Source: an uncultured Nitrososphaerales archaeon (lineage in GTDB: Archaea > Thermoproteota > Nitrososphaeria > Nitrososphaerales > Nitrososphaeraceae). Taken from it: a stretch of DNA of 64,000 nucleotides. The notes beneath the pieces are model-generated. The model did not search any database, was not told the DNA's origin, and was given only the letters and a program-made list of their open reading frames with translations. The translations under genes were made by a program, and so were the position numbers. The stretch spans positions 1,741,657 to 1,805,656 of the forward strand of contig CAVOHZ010000010.1 in assembly GCA_963695855.1 (NCBI GenBank), read 5' to 3'. Every line of letters starts with the position of its first letter. Position 1 is the first letter of the stretch. Shown piece by piece: positions 22,844 to 33,087 of the stretch.

Positions 22844-23480
22844 TCAAAAGAAATAGTTTATCATCAACATTATCAACAACAAAGAATGAGTCGTAATGTG
22901 ACCTGTTTTTATAATTATCATGATGGTAGTGATCGTATTGGTGATGATGATGATGCAATATGATCTATAATTATTCTTTCTACTATTGTTGTTATTGTAG
23001 TACATATTTTTACTACAACCAGAATATGTCAGTGTCTTTCTAATGCTCATTCCGTTGTTTAATATTGTCCTTACCACTGCTAACCTTTCCTCCTTCCTGT
23101 TTCTAACGTTTTTTTAAATGCATCTATTGCTATTGTCTGCTCACCAATGATCTTCTTTAGTCGCTCAATCTCTATTTCTTTATTCTTCTTGTTTATCATG
23201 TTGTCTTTACCGGAGTCTGAAAGTGCCATCTTACCACCTTCTATAAATTTCTGTTTCCAGTTGTAGAACACATTTGGATTCAGATTGTACTTTCTGTATA
23301 GTTCTGCTACTGTGATATTTGTAGTCAATGATTCCATTACAATCCTTGTCTTGTCTTCTGGTGTCCACTTTCTAGTACTATTCTCTTTAACACCCTGCAT
23401 CTGTATGACCTCCTCTATTAACACTATTAGGAGTAAAAAAGTCTCCATTACAAGGTGTTCTCATTTCAAATGGGTCCAGA
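22844..23480 (-). mobile_element. IS3-family remnant (OrfA plus truncated OrfB start)
   Basis: RKWTPEDKTRIV..VAEL.RKYNL..NVFYNWKQKF..EIERLKKIIGE HTH OrfA; the next ORF decays into low complexity; no DDE core. Confidence 0.75.
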
Positions 23481-23529
23481 CCAAAATTTGGTAAAGTTAA
23501 TTGATATAAATAACAGTTTTCATTCTAAC

Positions 23530-24123
23530 TCATTGAATAAACTCAAATGAATTTATTATCTTATCTGCTATTGTTACATATTGATTATACACATCAATAT
23601 TAGGAGCATAAAATCTTAAATTGTATTCTATACCATCTGTGATTGTTCCAATGTGGATATATTGCGGATAACTTTCTTCATCTTTATAATCAGAATAAAA
23701 CCAATTATTGTATACTATTTTATAGGCAGGTTTACCACCCAATGTAGATGCTTTATCAAAACTCACTAGTTTATTGAAATGAAAGTCTTTTGCTTTAAAA
23801 TTTTTAATTTCTTGTAATTCTTGTTCTGCATATTGATCAAGTATTAAAGTGTTATCGGACGGAAGAAATTCTATACTCATGGAAACAGATGGTCCAAGTA
23901 AATTTGAAATAGGTGAAAATTTACCTAGACTTTCGTGAGTATTATCAAGGTAGTTAAAACCATCATATTTCCAATTGAAAGGATATTGAATCTTAAAACC
24001 ATATTTTTCATTCTCATATGTTTGCATTGATTTTTGTGCGAATATCGGATTTGAAATAACAACTGACATTGAAGATATCACGATTAGAATAGTTGGTAAT
24101 AATATTAAGAATATCCTTTTCAA
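23530..24123 (-). CDS. Secreted PsbP-like protein
   Basis: Signal peptide; YENEKYGFKIQYP.NW, TLGGKPAYKIVY, KIINSFEF. Confidence 0.8.
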   Translation of the reverse strand: MKRIFLILLPTILIVISSMSVVISNPIFAQKSMQTYENEKYGFKIQYPFNWKYDGFNYLDNTHESLGKFSPISNLLGPSVSMSIEFLPSDNTLILDQYAEQELQEIKNFKAKDFHFNKLVSFDKASTLGGKPAYKIVYNNWFYSDYKDEESYPQYIHIGTITDGIEYNLRFYAPNIDVYNQYVTIADKIINSFEFIQ

Positions 24124-24790
24124 TTAACGATACAAACAAATAACAAATATAAAAATATATAATAGACTTTTTTCAGAATATTTTTCTTATTATCTATGGT
24201 GACTTTAATAGTAGAAATTAATATAAAAAAACTATTTTTAGAAATTAAACATTCCTTAGAATCTAGTGTTTATTTGTAAAAAAGAATTTACTAAATCTAG
24301 TTAATTTGATATGATCTTATTTTAGTTAAAGAACCTTTAACTCTATTTTATGATTATCTATTTTTTACGTTTGGCTAATTTCTCTCTTAAGGCTTGTTCA
24401 AGAAATTCAGTAGCGGTAATACCTAGATCTATTGCTACTTTTGTGCCTTCTTCCGAGATTAATTTTAAAAAGTATGGTTCCTACAAAGATTTTAAAAAAT
24501 TTGATGAGTTTTACTAATGTTAGATTATAGTTATTTTATTCCAAAATTTAATTTAAATATCACTCTTGATAGCAATATTAGTGCACAATCCGATGCTTCA
24601 GATTCAGATGGTTTTAAATTTTAAGTAATAGAAAGTAACACAAATAGTAAAAAACTTGATGGGAAAAAAGCGTATGAATTAATATTTCAAAAAGCAGGCG
24701 TAGTTAGGCCTCTTTTATTATCCCATGGATAGGCAAGCACGGCACATATTGTTAATGAAGTCAGATAGGCTTGAGTCCTTCTTACTATTC

Positions 24791-25945
24791 TCAAACAACA
24801 AACATTTTTTTGTCCATTAAAATGATGTATAACCTTCTGTAAGTATTGTCAGTTTTTATTCTATATTGACTCAAAGGGCGTATTCCTTTACTTGCAACAT
24901 TTTTCAATGCATAAGAAATTCTGTAGTTAAAGTCTCTAATAGATGGTTCTAACCTCTCTACCTTATCGCATTTGTCTACCCATTCTTTTATTATTTGATA
25001 AGATTCGTCAATAGGTAACTTTTTAACATTAATAAGATACGGTGTTAATATCAAATCTAAAATTAACTTTCTGCGATCTTCAACTGGAGTCAATAATAAT
25101 TTCTCTATCCAGGAATAATAATTCGAATGGGGGTTATAGATATTATCACGATGTTTTTTATGTGAGTTACGTATTTTTTGTCTAAGATTATTTTCGTCAA
25201 TCTTCTTTTGAATTAAATATTCACTAAATTCTTCTAACAGTTCCCGTGTCACACAAGGTCTATATCCGTTCCATTTCTGCACTATTGTAACAATTTCATT
25301 ATTCTTTGCATTTACTGATCCTGGTATTCTTAACAAACATGACTTGAATGAAGGATAGTTATTTTTATCTGCTTTACCATTAGATAAATAATCTTTACAA
25401 AATCGAAGAAATTGCTCTGAAGGTTTATCATATTTTTCAAATTCTGTTATATATTCTAAAGCCTTTTTACAATAAACTGGCTGTAATATGTGGTATCCGT
25501 TGCCACTCCATAGAACTGTTGGAGATCCGTCTAACTTGTCTTTAATATTTCTTAAAGTAGAAGATAGTGCAAGTTTAAAACTCCTATCAGTTTCAAAATT
25601 ATTTCTATCCAAGTCAAAAAATAGGAAATTTGGTTTGTGTCTCTGAATTTCTTTATACGCTATCAAATAACAATAGGCGTTTATTCTACAGTCAACAAAC
25701 TGAGAATCAATAAATGAGTTAATAATTTCCTGTTTAGTTCTTACCAGAAATTGAAATTGGTTATTTTGTCGACTTTTGTAAGTTGATACCTTTCTAGGGA
25801 ATAAAGGTTCTTCTAAGTGTGATAGAATAAAATCTAAACCTGATTGTATCTCTTTAGCGGATGTAGGTGAATAGGTGAATACAGTGAATACGGCTGAAGT
25901 AGGGGATATGTCATTTTTATTATTTTTTTTTGTAGTTATTGACAT
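24791..25945 (-). CDS. AEP primase fused to a PriX-like C-terminal domain
   Basis: FFDLD (motif I), SGNGYH (motif II), LLRIPGSVN; WIEKLL..V.D.RKLILDLIL.PYL.NVKKL PriX-like tail. Confidence 0.85.
   Translation of the reverse strand: MSITTKKNNKNDISPTSAVFTVFTYSPTSAKEIQSGLDFILSHLEEPLFPRKVSTYKSRQNNQFQFLVRTKQEIINSFIDSQFVDCRINAYCYLIAYKEIQRHKPNFLFFDLDRNNFETDRSFKLALSSTLRNIKDKLDGSPTVLWSGNGYHILQPVYCKKALEYITEFEKYDKPSEQFLRFCKDYLSNGKADKNNYPSFKSCLLRIPGSVNAKNNEIVTIVQKWNGYRPCVTRELLEEFSEYLIQKKIDENNLRQKIRNSHKKHRDNIYNPHSNYYSWIEKLLLTPVEDRRKLILDLILTPYLINVKKLPIDESYQIIKEWVDKCDKVERLEPSIRDFNYRISYALKNVASKGIRPLSQYRIKTDNTYRRLYIILMDKKMFVV
25866..25906 (+). repeat. GGTGAATA iteron cluster (candidate origin, left half)
   Basis: ggtgaata ggtgaata c agtgaata cggctgaagtagggga. 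Confidence 0.6.
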
Positions 25946-25954
25946 GACTAATTA

Positions 25955-28039
25955 TTAAATTCCTCCTTCTCCTTCTCCTTCTTCGAGATGGATTGGTCCA
26001 TCAGGGGATAACTGGAATCCTTTAACAATAAGTTCAACTTCTTCTCCTGGTTGTTCTTGTAAAGTTTCTTCATCTTCTTCTCTTTCTAGTGATTCTTCGG
26101 TTTCGATTCCTGCTTCATTTTTTTCATTTTTTGATGATCCCCCTATGCTGGCTGTATTCACCGTATTCACCCCTTCTCCATCACCTTCATCTTCACCTTC
26201 ATCTTCACCTTCTTTGTTTTTTACTTCCTTAACTACAATCTTTGTCCTGTCTTCTTCTACCAATCTTTGGATTGTCTCAGGATCATAAGTCCAAACATTT
26301 CCTTTTTTAGTATGTTTTACTACTCCTCCAAACGAATCTCCTAGATAATTAGACATTGTTGTTGTTCGATATATAGTGCCGTAATCATCTGTATGATATT
26401 CGTTAGGATTCTTTTCATTCAACATGCCTGGAATTTCATTCATTAGTTCGTCCCAGATACTTTTAGAAGAAAGTTTGGGTCCATTGAATTTAATTAAAGT
26501 CGCCACTATACGCAATAAGACAGATTCGATTGTCGATTCCTTCTTTTCGTTCTTGATATCCAGAAATTTCTGTAATGTTTCTATAACTTCATTCAAACAT
26601 TTACATCCATAAAATAACTGAACCGAATGTTTCACTAACTGTTTATCTCTACCTTCAACTCCAATATCCAAATCTGGAATTGGGTCATTGAAGTGTCTGA
26701 GTCGATAAACAAGTAATAATTTTCTATAATTCATTAATTCTTGATATAGTTTGTCCTTCTGAGGCCCACCAACGTTTGAATCGGGATTCAAGACTTCCAG
26801 TATATCGTGTTTGGTGCTTCCCTTGACGCAATTTATTGGAAATGTTCTTGAATTAACACCTTTGGCAATGGACTGACTTAGTGATCTTTCAGACACAATA
26901 ATCTTTGGACAATAACTAAAGAAATACTCAGGTTTCAAAGTGTAAGGATTTATTTTTGAAACTGTCCCATAATATGAAGATCCTGTCTTAAGCACGGCCA
27001 TAAGTTCAGGCAATTTATCAATTTTATCTGCCTCTTCTAGAACCATAGTACATTGGACAGGTTCTACGAACCCTAATAATCGGAATAAGTTCGCTGCACT
27101 CGGATCCGTCATCACGACTGTTTTATATGCTATAGCCCTGAAAGTCTCTGCTAATGAACTCTTACCACTTCCATTACCACCAACTGGATACAAATATTCA
27201 GTAGTGGGAAATCTATCTTGAAAATGTGATGTAATTATTTTAATCGTTACTAATATCAATTTGTGTTTTGATTGATTGTTATATTTAGAAACAATTTCTA
27301 AACCATTATAGTAAAAATAATCAAGACCAATATTATTTTGTTCGAGAAATTTATTGTAACTATTAATTTCATCTAAACTTTCAAATTCAAGTCGTATATA
27401 GGGACATTCTTCGTATGTTGGAGGAACCAAGATCCGCGTCGTTTCTTCTATTTGGTTAGTTGATTCAAACTGATTTTTTTCAGCATTATACTTAATAAAA
27501 ACAGGTTTTCCTTCTTCAATATAGACAGCCTCACGAAGATCCCCTTTTCCCATTCGAGAATATTTAAAAGTAGTAATTGGGCGTTTTGGTTTTTCTTTCT
27601 TTTCTAGTTCTTGGCTTTCTTCTTCTTCCTCCTCCTTTTCCTCTTTTGTTTGAGAAGATTCTTGATTGTAATTTGCTAGAAGGAGATCTTCATTATCATT
27701 CAGTAAACTCCTTAAACTCAATTTGTCATTAATATCATGAATTCCATATTCTTCGGCTTGTTCGAATAAGATTTTATAATTGTTTTGCCATTTCTTTTTA
27801 TCAATTGTAAATAGTATGTCGTCATTTGTTGCGTGATTCAAAGGTATTCTTACATTTTCAGTATCTATATTATACGTAGGTGCATTTCTTATCAAACCAC
27901 GAGCAATTGAGTTCTCATTTTGTTTTAAATGAATAATTTTCTCATTAGTTTTAGAATTATGACCGTTGGTATCGGTATTATTGTTACTCATTTTTGGGAT
28001 TTCCCTATGTCTTGATAATCCAGACCACGAGCTGACCAA
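25955..28039 (-). CDS. P-loop ATPase, putative replicative helicase of element A
   Basis: Walker A GGNGSGKS, Walker B MVLEEAD; adjacent to the primase. Confidence 0.75.
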   Translation of the reverse strand: MVSSWSGLSRHREIPKMSNNNTDTNGHNSKTNEKIIHLKQNENSIARGLIRNAPTYNIDTENVRIPLNHATNDDILFTIDKKKWQNNYKILFEQAEEYGIHDINDKLSLRSLLNDNEDLLLANYNQESSQTKEEKEEEEEESQELEKKEKPKRPITTFKYSRMGKGDLREAVYIEEGKPVFIKYNAEKNQFESTNQIEETTRILVPPTYEECPYIRLEFESLDEINSYNKFLEQNNIGLDYFYYNGLEIVSKYNNQSKHKLILVTIKIITSHFQDRFPTTEYLYPVGGNGSGKSSLAETFRAIAYKTVVMTDPSAANLFRLLGFVEPVQCTMVLEEADKIDKLPELMAVLKTGSSYYGTVSKINPYTLKPEYFFSYCPKIIVSERSLSQSIAKGVNSRTFPINCVKGSTKHDILEVLNPDSNVGGPQKDKLYQELMNYRKLLLVYRLRHFNDPIPDLDIGVEGRDKQLVKHSVQLFYGCKCLNEVIETLQKFLDIKNEKKESTIESVLLRIVATLIKFNGPKLSSKSIWDELMNEIPGMLNEKNPNEYHTDDYGTIYRTTTMSNYLGDSFGGVVKHTKKGNVWTYDPETIQRLVEEDRTKIVVKEVKNKEGEDEGEDEGDGEGVNTVNTASIGGSSKNEKNEAGIETEESLEREEDEETLQEQPGEEVELIVKGFQLSPDGPIHLEEGEGEGGI
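26138..26209 (-). repeat. Inverted TATTCACC/CTTCACC iteron cluster (candidate origin, right half)
   Basis: Reverse complement ggtgaatacggtgaatacagccagcataggggga mirrors 25874-25906. Confidence 0.6.
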
Positions 28040-28311
28040 CCATACCGGGGAGCAACATACAATCTAATCATAACATCATGAAGGATTTCTGGTCTATTCA
28101 GGTATTGACATATATAAAATAAATTGTCTAATATATCTCTACGTAGTCCCTTCTTAACATCACTCTCAATGGCTCGTATTTCTTTCTGATATGAAGGATT
28201 GTTCAATAATGTTTGAAGGTCTTTAATTTTGGCTGTTAAGGAGAAACAATTATGTAGAACTTCAACACTATATTCAAATGAAGAATCCGATCCAATTTCT
28301 TCATATTTCAT
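27988..28311 (-). CDS. Hypothetical protein of the replication operon
   Basis: 107 aa; ATGA overlap with the upstream RHH gene. Confidence 0.65.
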   Translation of the reverse strand: MKYEEIGSDSSFEYSVEVLHNCFSLTAKIKDLQTLLNNPSYQKEIRAIESDVKKGLRRDILDNLFYICQYLNRPEILHDVMIRLYVAPRYGWSARGLDYQDIGKSQK

Positions 28312-28475
28312 TTTTTTAACACTTCCTCTTTATTTTTTAAACCCAACTCGATAAGACGTAAAATAAATCGAGATCGGTTCACGTCTCCCCTTTCTGAATC
28401 GATTTTTTCGACCAATTCTTCTGGTAGTGAAATGCCGATTGGGATTGATTGTTTCTGAACATAAATATTGCTCAT
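28308..28475 (-). CDS. Ribbon-helix-helix (CopG/Arc-like) regulator, absent from the ORF track
   Basis: Manual translation MSNIYVQKQSIPIGISLPEELVEKIDSERGDVNRSRFILRLIELGLKNKEEVLKK. Confidence 0.8.
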   Translation of the reverse strand: MSNIYVQKQSIPIGISLPEELVEKIDSERGDVNRSRFILRLIELGLKNKEEVLKK

Positions 28476-28526
28476 AATAATCGTAATCTTAATATTTTTA
28501 ATAAGAGTAAGGTGTAGTACTACACT

Positions 28527-29690
28527 TTGAGACTATATGAAGAAACTATTGACAAGTTGATTATAGAAATACTATATACAAGTAACAAATTAGCATTCGG
28601 GAAGTTAGAAGAAATATTAAAATCGCAATTAGACCATTTTTCTTATAAAACATATGCTGGAAGATTGAATGCAATGAGTAATTCAGAAGAAGATAAAAAT
28701 TCAAGATATGCAATTCAGCCAGTATTAGATAAAAGAGATGAAGGAAGAGGTAAAAATACATTTTATTCATTAACTAAAAATGCTAGAATTAGATGTGATT
28801 TAAAACTACCAATATTGAAGAGTGAGACCTTGATTGAGAAAGCATATATAATATTATTTCGTTATCTGGCATTTGAAAATTTTTTACCTTATAGAAGATT
28901 GAAAGATGAAAATGATTATAACTCTTTTTTAAAGAAACTTAGTATTAATAAAAATGAATTACAATTAGATGGAAAACCTAGTTATAACAGAAATCTCTAT
29001 AAAGTTAGTAAATGGATACATCAACAATCAGAAATTAAAATTAGCCAGAGAGAATATCTTGAAGAATCTGATGATAATCATGAAAACTCTGAATATTATT
29101 ATCAATTACCAGGAATTTCAATTAAAGAGTTTATAGCAAATAAAGAATCAGCAGGACTTGCATATGGACATCTTGATTTTAAAAATGAAGTGAATGAGTA
29201 CTTTAAATTATTAGAAGACCAAAAAATAATTGAGAAAATAAAATCTAAATATTTGATAATTCTAAATGAAGTAGACGATAGGTATAATATAATATCCATA
29301 AAAGGGAACAAATTAAAGAAGTTTTTAAAAGACTGTTGGCTTTTACATGGTAGTGTAACACTATACTTGTATCAAAAATGGAAATGTATTCAAAGACCAA
29401 CAGAGGAGGAAAAAATATGGTATGAACATTTATGGGGCAGACAAAGATCCAATCAAATCTTTACGGATTGTGATAAGGAAAGAGTGAAATTAAATAAAAG
29501 TAAAAATCAAAAATACAAACAAGATAAGGAAGATATTCAAAAATTATTAAATCAAATAATAAAAAGTTTACAAAAAAAATACGAAACAATCAAAAATAAA
29601 TATCCTGATATAATTGCTGAGGATTATTCATATTTAGCCAATCCTTTGCTTAATCTAGTCTATCCTCAATTCTTAAGACAAAAAGAGTAA
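28527..29690 (+). CDS. Large protein with winged-HTH-like N-terminus (putative regulator)
   Basis: IIEIL..LAFGKL..GRGKNTFYSLT; divergent from the RHH gene and convergent with the integrase. Confidence 0.65.
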   Translation: MRLYEETIDKLIIEILYTSNKLAFGKLEEILKSQLDHFSYKTYAGRLNAMSNSEEDKNSRYAIQPVLDKRDEGRGKNTFYSLTKNARIRCDLKLPILKSETLIEKAYIILFRYLAFENFLPYRRLKDENDYNSFLKKLSINKNELQLDGKPSYNRNLYKVSKWIHQQSEIKISQREYLEESDDNHENSEYYYQLPGISIKEFIANKESAGLAYGHLDFKNEVNEYFKLLEDQKIIEKIKSKYLIILNEVDDRYNIISIKGNKLKKFLKDCWLLHGSVTLYLYQKWKCIQRPTEEEKIWYEHLWGRQRSNQIFTDCDKERVKLNKSKNQKYKQDKEDIQKLLNQIIKSLQKKYETIKNKYPDIIAEDYSYLANPLLNLVYPQFLRQKE

Positions 29691-29802
29691 GTTATTTTTT
29701 TCTTATTATAGTCTGGAGAAAAATTAGAAATATCAGTTTAGGTAATGCCTCCCTTAACTAAATCAAACAGACACAAAAATATTATAAAATTTATTTTAGA
29801 AA

Positions 29803-31392
29803 CTATTTTTTCTTATTGCCACCAGAAGAAGTAGGAGAAGCTGAAATTATCTTCCCGACTGCTTTATTGTTTATTTCTGGTTTTAACTCTATTCCTTTTA
29901 CTATTCCTCTATTTTGTACATTGTCATCATAAAGAATTTTATTTTCAGGTTGACTTGCTAAAAATGCATTAAATCTATCAGCTAAAAATGCAACAGATCT
30001 CTTCAACTCTTCAATATCATTATCTTTTTGTTTTTGTTTTTCCAAGGTTTCTGTATAAGAATCATAAGATAATACCATTTTACATTTTATGCAGAATTTG
30101 CCATCAGGTTTATTAGGTTCTAAACAGTGAGGACATTGCTTTGATTGTAACGATTGTGTTTCTTTATCTTCTGTTCTAATGATTCCCCTTTTCTGCAATA
30201 ATATTTTTGAAGGTTCATTACTAAGATGAATGTAAACCTGAGGCATTTTACTTGACATAGTCCATCCAGCATGAGATCTCAAAACCGCTTCTGTTAGAAA
30301 TTGGCTCTTTTCAGTTAAGGCTGAATGTCTAAAGACATAGAGATTCCAAGGCTTTGTAAGCATATTTTTTATTATTGCTTTATCAAAATCAGGAATAGTT
30401 TCATCTTTTAATAAAGAAGGAAAATATCGTTTTCTATAATATTCATAATGACTTGATAAACCTTCATAGGTAAGTTTTGTTCCATGATTATTTCCTTGAG
30501 AAATAAAAATCCAAGAATCAGGGTTTGAATGAGTTGGATGTTCTTGAAGCCATTCTTTTAGATATGGCAAAGAATCAATTAGTGGAACTGTTCTTGAACT
30601 AGTCTTGCCTCCAGTGATTCTAACTTCAGCATATTGTATTCCTTCTTCATTAACCCGAAATTTAATATCTTTGATTTTGAGATTTAAAATCTCATTAGGT
30701 CTAGCAGACATATCATTTGCTAATGAATGATAACATCTATCCCTACTGAAAGAACAATACTTCAAAAATATTACATGTTCTCTTGATTCCCAAATATCTG
30801 CTGGTTTGTAGGATGTCTTTTCTTTTCTGGGAAGTCGTTTTATACCTTGCATACATAGAGGGGTATTTCTATTTCTATGATCTGGTTCATCTGGATTGTA
30901 TAACCATCTAAAGAATTTTGTTAAAATTATCTGTCTACCATTATACGATCCAATCCATTTACTCGTTGGATCTTCCACTATTGGTTTCCTGAGAAAATTG
31001 AGAATATCATATTTTGTCATGTTTCTAAAAGATTTTTTATCTTGAAAATGGTTAGATAACCATGTTAGAACCTTTATTTTACTTTCTTTAGTTGAGTTTT
31101 GAATGTTTATTTCTATCTGTTCTGCAATAATATAATCACAAATAATAGTTGCATTTTCTAAATTCTTTTTGACTAATTCCTTCAATATTTTATTGAAATA
31201 TGGTCTAGATAGTCCATTTGTTATAGAATCTATCTTTCTTTCTAATTCTTCTGTGTTGTTACTAAAAGAAGAAGAAAGATTTTTATTGTTATTTTCTTTG
31301 ATTTGTGATTTTAGCAGAACCATGTCTCTTTTGCTTTTTGTCTCAATGACAAATTCTCTTTGCTTATTCTTATTCCTTTTTGTAGAACCCAC
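29803..31392 (-). CDS. Tyrosine integrase with C-terminal zinc ribbon
   Basis: SARPNE (R), GKT (K), YVFRH, HAGW, PQVY (Y); CPHC..CIKC; the true start may be downstream. Confidence 0.92.
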   Translation of the reverse strand: MGSTKRNKNKQREFVIETKSKRDMVLLKSQIKENNNKNLSSSFSNNTEELERKIDSITNGLSRPYFNKILKELVKKNLENATIICDYIIAEQIEINIQNSTKESKIKVLTWLSNHFQDKKSFRNMTKYDILNFLRKPIVEDPTSKWIGSYNGRQIILTKFFRWLYNPDEPDHRNRNTPLCMQGIKRLPRKEKTSYKPADIWESREHVIFLKYCSFSRDRCYHSLANDMSARPNEILNLKIKDIKFRVNEEGIQYAEVRITGGKTSSRTVPLIDSLPYLKEWLQEHPTHSNPDSWIFISQGNNHGTKLTYEGLSSHYEYYRKRYFPSLLKDETIPDFDKAIIKNMLTKPWNLYVFRHSALTEKSQFLTEAVLRSHAGWTMSSKMPQVYIHLSNEPSKILLQKRGIIRTEDKETQSLQSKQCPHCLEPNKPDGKFCIKCKMVLSYDSYTETLEKQKQKDNDIEELKRSVAFLADRFNAFLASQPENKILYDDNVQNRGIVKGIELKPEINNKAVGKIISASPTSSGGNKKK

Positions 31393-31465
31393 ATCCGAAG
31401 CGCCGGGAGTGGGACTCGAACCCAGAAGGAGTACACCTGGGTTTGTTCGATATCACTAGAGCAAT
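31382..31465 (+). repeat. att junction: A arm, 23-bp tRNA-derived core, B arm
   Basis: Core gcgccgggagtgggactcgaacc (31400-31422) is the reverse complement of a tRNA T-arm plus acceptor strand (Ser most likely, Asn possible); exact copy at 53342. Confidence 0.9.
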
Positions 31466-31670
31466 GAATTAATGAATTATTATTTTAAAAAAAGAAAAAA
31501 ATGTTGTCGATTGATATATCGGCTTATTCAACTTGTCTATTACGAAGTACCTGAAGGTAAAAAGAACGAATTTAAGACAATCTTTGAATTATTTATTAAA
31601 TCTAAAAAATAAAATAACAGCATAAAAAACGAGTTCTTCATATACTATGAAGACTAATACAGAGTAAATA

Positions 31671-31943
31671 ATGACGACAGAATTCAGTTATCATTATTTG
31701 CCATATTGTGTTGCTATTTTCTTTCTTTTTTACTCTATGTTTTTATTGTTAGTCCACGGGGAATTTGAACAAGAAGAAGACTATTCAAACATGGATATAT
31801 ATGGAAACATATTTTACAACAATATTGAGGACGAAATCTTGGACACTGAACAACCCGTTCCAATGAATACCACAGAACTGATAGAAATAGGAAAGAATCT
31901 TACAATTATCCATAACCCTTCTACTGGAAAATATTTTCAATAA
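31671..31943 (+). CDS. MxTEFSY small secreted protein, copy 2
   Basis: Near-identical to 3525..3794. Confidence 0.7.
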   Translation: MTTEFSYHYLPYCVAIFFLFYSMFLLLVHGEFEQEEDYSNMDIYGNIFYNNIEDEILDTEQPVPMNTTELIEIGKNLTIIHNPSTGKYFQ

Positions 31944-32068
31944 AGACAATTGATTTTATTTATAGTGTGGCTAGAAAGATTGGAGGGATTGAAGCGTTGA
32001 ACTTCCGTGATATCCAGATGTGGCCGCAGATGTTATACTGAAAGGCGTCTACCTTGATTATTGTGATC

Positions 32069-32182
32069 TTAGTGGTATTCACTCACACGTTTACCGCAGT
32101 AAGTACATTTTAAAAGTCTACCGTAATTTGTAGCGTAAGACAACTCTCGCATGTTTCCTTTATTGCATTTTTTACAGCTCAT
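32069..32182 (-). CDS. 37-aa zinc-ribbon microprotein
   Basis: Manual translation MSCKKCNKGNMRELSYATNYGRLLKCTYCGKRVSEYH, two CxxC motifs. Confidence 0.6.
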   Translation of the reverse strand: MSCKKCNKGNMRELSYATNYGRLLKCTYCGKRVSEYH

Positions 32183-32496
32183 TCTTTTTAATCCCGTCCT
32201 TGTTGTTCTTCTTGTTGTTCTCGTTCGTTGTTATCCTCTTCTTCTGTTTCATCTTTATGTTCTTGTTGAATTGATACAACTGGAATAGGGCCTTTGTCTT
32301 CTGCTGGATTGTCCACTGGTTTTTGTTGTTGCTGTTGTTCTTGCTGGTTCTTTAGTGATTGTTGTCTATATGGTGTATCGTCAAAGTATACTTGTTGTAT
32401 TGGTTGCTGTTGCTGCTGTTATTCATGTAGCTTAATTATTATTTATTTCATTTTAAAATAAAATATTTTTAATATACAAATTAATAATTATTTATC

Positions 32497-32706
32497 GTGG
32501 TAAAATCACACCCTGGAGTAGACAGTTTACTTACCAATATTAGACGGGTTATTCCACCACGTAGAACTATGGAAATAACAGAAGAGACTTTCAAGGTATT
32601 GAAGGAACATGCATCTAAACATTATTCAAGTCCCCGTTATGACGAAGTGTTAGTTAATCTGGTCAAGTTCTATGAGAGTAATGACGGCCCAAAACATTAT
32701 GATTAA
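32497..32706 (+). CDS. Small RHH/antitoxin-like DNA-binding protein
   Basis: TMEITEETFKVLK..YDEVLVNLVKFYE. Confidence 0.65.
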   Translation: MVKSHPGVDSLLTNIRRVIPPRRTMEITEETFKVLKEHASKHYSSPRYDEVLVNLVKFYESNDGPKHYD

Positions 32707-33087
32707 TGAGAAAATAAAATAAAAAAAATAAAATAAAATATTAAAGTATAAAATAATAAATAAATAAATAAATAAATTTATTTAAATAAAGTAAAACTTA
32801 AGTACTACAAGGAAAAGAAAAGAACATAGTAAACCATTTATAAAAAAGAAATTGTTTTATAGATTCTATTTGGAAATGGAACAGTTCTTCTATTTAAAAT
32901 TGAAATGAATTGGTCAAAATATCACAGAATGATGATTAATAATACATTAGTATTACTTGACTGTTATAGTTTAATATTTTAAATTGAAAAGGCTCATATA
33001 AAAAAAGGGAGAATTGAGATAGGTTATTAAATTCTATCTATAGTTTTTAGTAGGTTTATTGAGTATATTGTTCTAGTATTAGTCAAT

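Larger units (their letters stand above)
7578..31422. mobile_element. Integrative element A, composite (left end uncertain: 7578, 13017 or 13525)
   Basis: Integrase abuts the att core at 31400; carries ATPase, primase and TerS/TerL; the arm at 31382-31395 is the reverse complement (12/14) of 7612-7625. Confidence 0.6.

Noticed and set aside
31169-31459. ORF spanning the att core, as in an SSV-type split integrase
   Set aside because: It is antisense to the integrase; both integrases are complete and lie beside, not across, the core
31400-31480. Intact tRNA gene at the att cores (also 7578, 13525, 53342)
   Set aside because: Only the T-arm and acceptor 3' strand are present; no anticodon arm, D-arm or matching 5' GCCGGGA strand
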